64,000 nucleotides of DNA from Spirochaetota bacterium (lineage in GTDB: Bacteria; Spirochaetota; UBA4802; UBA5368). The DNA is taken from NCBI GenBank assembly GCA_004297825.1, contig SCSX01000036.1, positions 172,680 through 236,679 on the forward strand, in the 5' to 3' direction. Within the stretch, counting starts at the first letter, position 1. Every line of letters starts with the position of its first letter. Below are positions 1 to 7,552 of the stretch, piece by piece. A model generated the notes under the pieces. It worked only from the letters and a program-made list of their open reading frames with translations. It was not told where the DNA came from and ran no database searches. Made by a program: the position numbers and the translations under genes.

Positions 1-237
1 GCGGTGATGCGTACGGGCCTGCACGATTACGTGTTCGTCGAGGGGCAGGACGATACGCTCATTCCACGGGAAGTGGCGCTGGGGTTCCGGGCGTCCAACG
101 GCTACTACGAGGTGCTCTCCGGGCTCAAGGCCGGGGAGCGGGTGGTGACCTCCGCGAATTTCCTCATCGATTCGGAGTCTTCCCTCAAGGCGGCGCTTAA
201 AAGCGCGCGGTCGGGATCGCAGGGGCACAAACATTGA
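1..237 (+). CDS. cusB: C-terminal part of CusB-family efflux periplasmic adaptor (5' end outside window)
   Basis: EVLSGLKAGERVVTSANFLIDSES C-terminal motif typical of CusB/CzcB adaptors; overlaps the cusA start. Confidence 0.85.
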   Translation, partial: AVMRTGLHDYVFVEGQDDTLIPREVALGFRASNGYYEVLSGLKAGERVVTSANFLIDSESSLKAALKSARSGSQGHKH

Positions 238-3200
238 TACAGAAACTGATCCGCTTCTCCGCGCATAACAGGATGCTCGTCATATTCATGATCGCGGCGG
301 CAATGTTATACGCCTCGTACGCGATCCAGAACATCCCGCTCGACGCGATACCGGATTTATCGGACACCCAGGTCATCATCTACACCCGCTGGGACCGGAG
401 CCCCGACATTATCGAGGACCAGGTCACCTTTCCGGTTATCTCGGCGCTCCTGGGCGCGCCCAGGGTGAAGACGATACGCGGCTTTTCGGACTTCGGGTTT
501 TCCTACGTGTACGTGATCTTTCACGACGGCACCGACATCTACTGGGCGCGCAGCCGGGTGACCGAGTATCTCTCGCGCATACAGGGAGCGCTTCCCGCCG
601 GCGCGAAGATGGAGCTGGGGCCCGACGCGACGGGCGTGGGCTGGGTTTACCAGTACGTCCTCGTGGATAAAAGCGGCAAGTTCAACCTCTCACAGCTTCG
701 CTCCTTCCAGGACTGGTACTTAAAATATTCCCTGCAGAGCGTGCAGGGAGTTTCGGAGGTGGCGACCATTGGCGGCTTCGAACGCCAGTACCAGGTGATC
801 GTGGACCCCAATCGGCTGCAAAGCTTCGGGCTCTCGATCATGGACGTGATGGAAGCCGTTAAGAAGGGGAACAATGAATCCGGCGGGAGGCTTCTTGAAT
901 GGAGCGGGCGCGAGTTCATGGTGCGCGCGCGCGGTTACGTGAAGGGGACCGAGGAGCTGGGAAATATCGTGGTGAAAACCGGCAAGGAAGGGACGCCGGT
1001 GATGCTCCGCCATGTGGGGACCGTGACCACGGGGCCGCAGATACGCCGCGGTGTCGCTGAGTATAACGGCCTGGGTGACACCGTGGGCGGGATCGTGGTC
1101 ATCCGCCACGGGGAAAATGCGCTCAACGTGATCGAGCGCGTGAAGGCGCGCATCGAGGAGATAAAGCCTTCGCTTCCCGCGGGCGTCGAGCTCGTCTCCG
1201 TCTACGACCGCTCGGAGCTCATCCATGCGTCCATCGACAACCTCAAGGAAGAACTCATCGTCGAAATGGCGATCGTTTCCCTGGTCATACTCGTGTTCCT
1301 GTGGCACATCCCCTCGGCGCTGGTGCCCATCATCACCATTCCCGTATCGGTCCTGCTCGCCTTCATCCCCATGTTCCACGCGGGGATAAGCTCCAACATC
1401 ATGAGCCTGGCGGGGATCGCGATATCCATAGGCGTGCTCGTGGACGGCGCGATCGTCGAGGTGGAGAACGCGTACAAAAAGATCGAGCTCTGGATCGAGG
1501 GGGGCAGGAAGGGCGACTTCCACGAGGTGCGCCTGCAGGCGCTGGTCGAGGTGGGGCCGTCGGTGTTCTTCTCGCTCCTCGTGATCGCGGTCTCGTTCCT
1601 GCCCATCTTCACGCTCGTGGACCAGGAGGGGCGCCTGTTCACGCCGCTCGCGTGGACGAAAACGCTGGCCCTTGCTCTGGCCGCGCTCCTGGCCGTGACG
1701 CTCGACCCGGCGATACGCATGCTTTTTTCCCGGGCCGATCCGATCAGGATCAAGAATGCCCTGCTGTCCAAGATCGTGAACACCGTCGCGGTGGGAAGGT
1801 ACTTCAAAGAGGAGGAGCACCCCGTCAGCAAAATCCTTTTCGCGTTATACGAAAAGCCTTGCCGCTGGGTGCTCGAACACCCGTTGAAAACCATACTTGC
1901 CGCGATATTCATCGTGGGCGTATCGATCCCCGTATATTTCCGTCTTGGCTCCGAATTCATGCCGCCCCTGAACGAGGGAACCATTCTCTATATGCCGACG
2001 ACCCTTCCCGGCATTTCCGTCACCGAGGCGTATAAACTTCTTCGAATACAGGACCGCATACTCAAGTCCTTTCCCGAGGTCGAGAGCGTGTTCGGCAAGG
2101 CGGGCCGCGCCGAGACAAGCACCGACCCCGCGCCCTTCTCCATGATGGAGACGACGGTGGTTCTGAAATCCCGGCTGGAATGGCGTGAGAAACCGCGCTG
2201 GTATTCGTCGTGGGCACCGGGATGGATGAAACGGGTTTTCCGTACCGTGTGGCATGACCGCATCAGCTATGACGAGCTCATCACACTGATGGATTCCGAG
2301 ATGCGGATACCCGGCGTATCCAATGCGTGGACCATGCCCATCAAGGGACGCATCGACATGCTCACCACGGGCGTACGCACGCCCATAGGCATAAAGGTAT
2401 TCGGTTCCGACTTGAAGGAGATACAGCGTATCGGCGAGGACATAGAACGAGCGCTCAAGGATTTTCCGGGCACGCGCAGCATCTTCGCTGAGCGCGTAGG
2501 CGGTGGCTATTACATGGACATCGTTCCCAAGCGTGAGCTGCTCGCACGCTACGGCCTCACCATTGACGATCTCCAGAACGTCGTCATGTCGGGCATAGGC
2601 GGCGACACGGTCACCACGTCGATCCAGGGCAGGGAGCGCTACTCGGTGAGCGTGCGCTTCCCGCGCGAGCTCAGGGGCGAGCTTGACCAGATGGAGCGCC
2701 TCACGGTGCGGACGATGGACGGCGCGAACATCCCCATCCGTGAGCTCGCGGAGCTTAAACTCACCTACGGACCTGCCATGATCCGCGATGAGAACGGCAT
2801 GCTCGCGGGCTACGTCTACGTGGACGTGACCGGGCGCGACGTGGGCGGGTACGTGGAAGAGGCGAAGGAGATCGTCAAAAAGAGCGTGAAGCTTCCCGCC
2901 GGCTACACCATGATCTGGAGCGGGCAGTATGAAAACATGCAGCGTGTCGCAGAGCGCCTCAAGCTCGTTATTCCCGTGACGCTCTTTCTCATCTTCATGC
3001 TCCTTTACTTTAACACTAAATCGGTGATCAAGACCGGCATTGTCATGCTCGCCGTCCCCTTCTCGCTCGTGGGCGCCGTGTGGCTCCTGTACGCTTTGGG
3101 CTACCAGGTGTCCATCGCCGTGTGGGTGGGCATGATCGCCCTCATGGGCCTGGACGCGGAGACCGGCGTCTTCATGCTGCTCTTCCTGGACCTGTCCTAC

Positions 3201-3476
3201 GAAGACGCGAAGGCGCGCGGCCGCCTCACGAACATGTACGAGCTCGAGGAGGCGATCATCCACGGCGCCGTCAAGCGCATCCGTCCCAAGATCATGACCG
3301 TGATGGCAGCCGCCATGGGCCTTATGCCCATCATGTGGTCCACCGGCGCCGGGGCGGACGTTATGAAGAGGATCGCGGCTCCCATGGTGGGGGGGCTGTT
3401 CACGTCGTTCCTGCTGGAGTTGCTGGTGTATCCGGCGGTGTATTTGCTGTGGAAGAAGAGAGAGTTGGGAGTGTAA
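234..3476 (+). CDS. cusA: CusA/CzcA heavy-metal RND efflux permease (Cu/Ag type)
   Basis: 1080 aa; DAIPDLSDTQVIIYT, GPDATGVGWVYQY, NIMSLAGIAISIGVLVDGAIV, RIRPKIMT motifs; TTG start. Confidence 0.95.
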   Translation: MIQKLIRFSAHNRMLVIFMIAAAMLYASYAIQNIPLDAIPDLSDTQVIIYTRWDRSPDIIEDQVTFPVISALLGAPRVKTIRGFSDFGFSYVYVIFHDGTDIYWARSRVTEYLSRIQGALPAGAKMELGPDATGVGWVYQYVLVDKSGKFNLSQLRSFQDWYLKYSLQSVQGVSEVATIGGFERQYQVIVDPNRLQSFGLSIMDVMEAVKKGNNESGGRLLEWSGREFMVRARGYVKGTEELGNIVVKTGKEGTPVMLRHVGTVTTGPQIRRGVAEYNGLGDTVGGIVVIRHGENALNVIERVKARIEEIKPSLPAGVELVSVYDRSELIHASIDNLKEELIVEMAIVSLVILVFLWHIPSALVPIITIPVSVLLAFIPMFHAGISSNIMSLAGIAISIGVLVDGAIVEVENAYKKIELWIEGGRKGDFHEVRLQALVEVGPSVFFSLLVIAVSFLPIFTLVDQEGRLFTPLAWTKTLALALAALLAVTLDPAIRMLFSRADPIRIKNALLSKIVNTVAVGRYFKEEEHPVSKILFALYEKPCRWVLEHPLKTILAAIFIVGVSIPVYFRLGSEFMPPLNEGTILYMPTTLPGISVTEAYKLLRIQDRILKSFPEVESVFGKAGRAETSTDPAPFSMMETTVVLKSRLEWREKPRWYSSWAPGWMKRVFRTVWHDRISYDELITLMDSEMRIPGVSNAWTMPIKGRIDMLTTGVRTPIGIKVFGSDLKEIQRIGEDIERALKDFPGTRSIFAERVGGGYYMDIVPKRELLARYGLTIDDLQNVVMSGIGGDTVTTSIQGRERYSVSVRFPRELRGELDQMERLTVRTMDGANIPIRELAELKLTYGPAMIRDENGMLAGYVYVDVTGRDVGGYVEEAKEIVKKSVKLPAGYTMIWSGQYENMQRVAERLKLVIPVTLFLIFMLLYFNTKSVIKTGIVMLAVPFSLVGAVWLLYALGYQVSIAVWVGMIALMGLDAETGVFMLLFLDLSYEDAKARGRLTNMYELEEAIIHGAVKRIRPKIMTVMAAAMGLMPIMWSTGAGADVMKRIAAPMVGGLFTSFLLELLVYPAVYLLWKKRELGV

Positions 3477-3488
3477 GTACAACGGAAT

Positions 3489-3890
3489 TTAACAGGGATA
3501 TACAGGATGAGCAGGATTAGTTAATTCTTTCAATGACAGTCTTCTATATTCCAGCCGCGAATTACCAAAATTGATAAGCAGTCCAACCTCAATACCGGTT
3601 GCCTTGAGGTAATTTATGATCTGTGCCTGATGTTCCGGTAATAGTTTTTTTATGGCCTTCAACTCGACTATGACCTTATCTTCTATCAATAAATCAGAAT
3701 AATATTCTCCGACACAATGATCTCTGAACATTACTTTGATCGGGAATTGCTTTTTTACGGAAAGTCCTTTTTCCTTTAATGTCAGAAATAGGGCATGTTC
3801 ATAAACAGATTCAAGAAAACCCACCCCAAGTTCGTTGATAACTTCAAACGAACATCCGATGACCATTTTTGATATTTCCTCATATTTCAT
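3489..3890 (-). CDS. GxxExxY protein (PD-(D/E)XK nuclease-like, PDDEXK_3)
   Basis: LGVGFLESVYE motif, DLLIEDKVIVELKA, QIINYLKATGIEVGLLINFG; AT-rich; ATG at 3890 abuts the right inverted repeat. Confidence 0.92.
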   Translation of the reverse strand: MKYEEISKMVIGCSFEVINELGVGFLESVYEHALFLTLKEKGLSVKKQFPIKVMFRDHCVGEYYSDLLIEDKVIVELKAIKKLLPEHQAQIINYLKATGIEVGLLINFGNSRLEYRRLSLKELTNPAHPVYPC

Positions 3891-3918
3891 ATCCTGTAAT
3901 CCTATATATCCCTGATAA
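3489..3918. mobile_element. Putative GxxExxY element with ~28-bp periodic terminal inverted repeats
   Basis: Left TTAACAGGGATATACAGGATGAGCAGGAT (3489-3517); right ATCCTGTAATCCTATATATCCCTGATAA (3891-3918) is its imperfect reverse complement. Confidence 0.65.
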
Positions 3919-4084
3919 ATCAATTCGTAGTCATAGCAGTCATATTAAATGAAAATAGATATCTGCATCTATTAATACTTTTCAAAGGGTTTTTTCCTGT
4001 GCTTTTTTCTGGGAAATTTGCCTTTTTTAATTTGTAGCACAGACATAGAGATCAGCGGTTTAGCTGTCGTGGAATTAAAGGAAA

Positions 4085-4170
4085 TTAACAAGGCTGTACA
4101 GGATGGTCAGGATGAGTGGATTCTCTCATACCGCCCCCCAATCCTGTTAATCCTGTCTATCCCTGTTGAA
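4085..4170. repeat. Empty MITE-like copy of the CAGGAT-type inverted repeats
   Basis: TTAACAAGGCTGTACAGGATGGTCAGGAT, ~27-bp spacer, ATCCTGTTAATCCTGTCTATCCCTGTTGAA; same flank ATCAATTCGTA as the gene-carrying copy. Confidence 0.75.
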
Positions 4171-4251
4171 TCAATTCGTAAAGTATGTTGTCTTATGAGG
4201 TATATTTCTGTCGCCCGGAGCGAAGTCAGACGACGTCAAATGTTTCTTCCT

Positions 4252-4872
4252 CTATAATTTCAACTGAGTATCAGTCACATGCTTTTCCCTGTAAGGAAAT
4301 CCCTTTTCAAACTCCTCCAGCTCCGTGGTGTCGATCTTAAACACCGGATCTTCATGGAATTTTCCCCGGACCCCCTTCAATCCGTTTTCCTGCAGCTCCA
4401 GCGCCATGAACGCATCGAAATTTGCGCCCTCCGATGTCGATATGCCATATTTCTGGGCATTTTCGAATCCAAATCGGTGGTAATACGCGGGGTTTCCAAA
4501 TATTATAATCGCCTTGTATCCCATGCTTTTCGCGCACGCAATCGAATGCCTCATCAATTGCGATCCGACGCCCTTCCCCTGGTGCGACGGCAGTACGCTC
4601 AAGGGCCCCATGCATAGTACTTCGTGCGCGATGCCTGTATCGTCAACCACGCTCGCTTTCGAATACACGATGTTGCCGATTATTTTGCCTTCATGAATCG
4701 CGACCATATCCAGCTCGGCGATAAAGGCGGGAACCTGACGCAGATTGCGAAGAAGGAGATGCTCGTCGCAGCCGAGTTTATAGATATCCCAGAAGGCTTC
4801 GCGGGTCAGGAATTCTGTTTCCTGGAAGTCGGCGGGGGTTGAGAGGCGTATGGTTGGGTTCATGGTTTTCAT
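4252..4872 (-). CDS. GNAT family N-acetyltransferase (YhbS-like)
   Basis: GPLSVLPSHQGKGVGSQL acetyl-CoA motif, GNPAYYHRFGF. Confidence 0.9.
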   Translation of the reverse strand: MKTMNPTIRLSTPADFQETEFLTREAFWDIYKLGCDEHLLLRNLRQVPAFIAELDMVAIHEGKIIGNIVYSKASVVDDTGIAHEVLCMGPLSVLPSHQGKGVGSQLMRHSIACAKSMGYKAIIIFGNPAYYHRFGFENAQKYGISTSEGANFDAFMALELQENGLKGVRGKFHEDPVFKIDTTELEEFEKGFPYREKHVTDTQLKL

Positions 4873-4995
4873 TCCTTATCTTTAATCGATTGTGTTGTCC
4901 AGTTTTATTGGGGAACGGCATAGTAGCGTCCTGATTGTACTAAATACTCTTTGGAAACAATCTTCTATAGCAGGGCAGCGGCGGTAATTATCAAC

Positions 4996-6234
4996 TCATG
5001 CCTTTTTTATATCCTTTTGAACTTGGTGCCATGATCCTTTGGTTTTTCTAATTTGGCGATTGATAATAATGCTATCATAATCATTGGGATCGAATTCCGA
5101 TTCACATTCTGAGGAAGGGGCATTTTGAATACTTTTTATTTCATCTATGATATCTTTATCATCTGCATGCTTGCTGGAATTACTATCAAAGTTTTTCATT
5201 CTCCAACGTGGTGCGTATGTATCCCACAACCTTGCAACAAGTAATCCGTGCTCCTTCGGTGGGCTGGGGGCGAATGAAAATAATCCTTTATCTTTTTCAC
5301 TCTGCGGATACTCTGAATAATATTTATTAATTTCACGAAGATCAGCTTTCAATTTATTTCCCCATACAAACTCTTGATCATCTCTTAAAAATAAAGGCGC
5401 ACATTTTTGGTGCAATTTGTCAGAAGAAACAAATAACATACAGAATGGAAGGTATAACAGATAAGCCATATCAATACGATTTGATGGCCGATGAGAAGAT
5501 ATTAAATTTGCGGCAATAGCTATTTGGAAAAATATTTCGACTATCATTATATATGCCACATACGGGGCATGCATGACTAGAGGTGGGCAATTAGCTAGAT
5601 AATATCGTTTTAGTATTTTAGGGTGTAAGTGTTCGGGGACGTTAAATAGTATTATGGCATATTTTAACAAATCAATACCATTCTCTCTTTTCGTAACAAT
5701 ATTTTCTGATATTGTTTTTGCTTCTTTGAGAGATCTGCAAGACTTGTTACTTATTCCCAGTTGACGTAATATATTTGCAAAAGACTCCAGATCAAGTGCT
5801 TTTAGTGATTCCCGCCATAAATACGCATAATCACGCTCAATGCTAGAAAACTCGCGTTTTTGCCATCGCGAAAATACTATAGCTTCAGGTGTATTTTCAA
5901 ATACTACATTATGTTTATTATTACTTTTAACATACCGACCCCCTGCAATTGGGATTTGTCCGGTCATAGGAACTCGAGAACCAAGAAGATTATTTATTGC
6001 CAATATATCATGATGAATATTTGGGCCGCCATGCATCTCAGGGAATTTATCAGCAATAATACCAACTTCTTGCTCAGTTGAACGACCTTCTCGAATTGAT
6101 TTGCTTAAATCAGCCAAAGTTTCAATATAAAAAATAGGGCAGATGTTCGCTATAAAAAAATGATCAAACCAAACTGATTCATCAACACTAAGCGATTGCA
6201 GAAATGATTTATCAAAAAGAGATATTGGCCCCAT
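4996..6234 (-). CDS. AT-rich hypothetical protein, possibly PIN-like nuclease fold
   Basis: 412-aa ORF with foreign base composition; N-terminal LFDKSFLQ and late IDMAYLLYLPFCMLFVSSDK acidic pattern. Confidence 0.7.
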   Translation of the reverse strand: MGPISLFDKSFLQSLSVDESVWFDHFFIANICPIFYIETLADLSKSIREGRSTEQEVGIIADKFPEMHGGPNIHHDILAINNLLGSRVPMTGQIPIAGGRYVKSNNKHNVVFENTPEAIVFSRWQKREFSSIERDYAYLWRESLKALDLESFANILRQLGISNKSCRSLKEAKTISENIVTKRENGIDLLKYAIILFNVPEHLHPKILKRYYLANCPPLVMHAPYVAYIMIVEIFFQIAIAANLISSHRPSNRIDMAYLLYLPFCMLFVSSDKLHQKCAPLFLRDDQEFVWGNKLKADLREINKYYSEYPQSEKDKGLFSFAPSPPKEHGLLVARLWDTYAPRWRMKNFDSNSSKHADDKDIIDEIKSIQNAPSSECESEFDPNDYDSIIINRQIRKTKGSWHQVQKDIKKA

Positions 6235-6659
6235 TGCTTTTTTATCTCATCGGAGATTCAAATATCTTTGGTTAAGTTTTCCAGTAATATACAGGAATTT
6301 AACAGATTCACTATCCCCAACACACCCCCTTCCCTGGCGGGTCCGGTCTCGGCGTGCAATGGCGCTGCTCTTTATCTTAGTCACTACATATAACAAAAAT
6401 GTAATAAGTCAACCACAATTCCGCCTGTGTTGTGCGGACCCCCACCGGAAGTACAATCAAACAGCCTCCCTCTTGAAAAAAGGGCGGAGGCCGGCGGTTC
6501 CGATGCGCATGAGGGAGGGAAAAGCAGGGAATGCCGGTTGCGTGTAAAAGTTAACGTGCGGAAGGAGAAGATATCTCACCCGATGAGGCCGGGTTCGAAA
6601 TGACAAGGGTGGGGGCGGCCGATGCCGTCATTAAGCAATTCAGTCGATCGCATACAGGC

Positions 6660-7165
6660 CGGGAGGCTGGTTTTGTAATAGAACTTCTACAACCAGTCGC
6701 GGACACGGATGTCCGCGCAGCCGAGGCGGGCAGGATGCCCATTCGCAGGCTGCCAAATGAGGAGTATTTTTCAGTAACTCCGTTATTGCACATCCGGAAT
6801 CTTAAGCGCCGTCTCATTACAATTTGTAGTGTTTTGCAAACAGACCCTCGATCGCCGCGCCTTTGCGGCAAACCAAATCCGCCCACTGCGATGGACAGGA
6901 TGTCCAAGTGCCGGGCGCGCGACACGATGTCGCGTCTGCGCCCGGCGCTGAGCCAAATCCCACGTAGTGGGTTTGGCGAGAAAGGGCGGCCAAGGCCCTC
7001 GCGCCGCTTGAGCGAGGCCGGCGCTGACGCGACCTCCTGTCGCAGCGCCGGCATTAGGACATCCTGTCCGTCACGGCGGGGGGTGCAGGGGGTGTCCGCC
7101 GCACGACACCCCCTGCAAAAGCACGCTCCTGCCAGGGGCACTCCCGCAGGGGAAAGCGCAGCCCC
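6660..7165. repeat. Intergenic mosaic of nested short GC-rich hairpins (GGA/CGA-loop modules)
   Basis: CGCGGACA-CGGA-TGTCCGCG (6698-6717), GGGCA-GGA-TGCCC (6728-6740), TGGACA-GGA-TGTCCA (6892-6906), CGCGACA-CGA-TGTCGCG (6918-6934), GGACA-TCC-TGTCC (7057-7069) plus longer stems. Confidence 0.65.
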
Positions 7166-7169
7166 GCAC

Positions 7170-7508
7170 TCAGCGTTTCTTCTTCCCGCCCTTCTTCACC
7201 ACCAGCTCATACGACATATCGATAAGCCTCTTCACCTCGCCGTCCGGCACCTCACCGTCAAGGATGATGGTGTTCCAGTGCACCTTGTTCATGTGGTACC
7301 CGGGGATGATTGACGAATAGCGCTCGCGCAGCTCCATCGCGAGAAATGGCTCGCACTTGAGGTTGATCCAGAGCGGTTTCGCTTCGAGCGCCACGAGCGC
7401 GAAAATTTTCCCGTTCACCTTCGCCGTGAGCACGTCGATCCCGAAGGGGAAATCCTCGTATGCTCCCTCTTTCGCAAGGAGGTGTGCGCGGAGTTTTTTA
7501 AGGTTCAT
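7170..7508 (-). CDS. MmcQ/YjbR family DNA-binding protein
   Basis: EDFPFG...KVNGKIFAL...INLKCEP...IPGYHMNKVHWNTI...SYELV. Confidence 0.9.
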   Translation of the reverse strand: MNLKKLRAHLLAKEGAYEDFPFGIDVLTAKVNGKIFALVALEAKPLWINLKCEPFLAMELRERYSSIIPGYHMNKVHWNTIILDGEVPDGEVKRLIDMSYELVVKKGGKKKR

Positions 7509-7552
7509 GGTCCGATACTCCGGTCCTTTTCCAAGATTCGCGTATCCATCCC

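Noticed and set aside
647..3520. Long antisense or alternate-frame ORFs over cusA (similarly over clpA, the kinases, pncB and others)
   Set aside because: Shadow ORFs caused by high GC3 codon bias; they show no recognisable motifs.
6551..7313. ORFs 6551-7141(-) and 6600-7313(+)
   Set aside because: They run through the palindrome mosaic with Arg/Pro/Ala-biased, motif-free translations.
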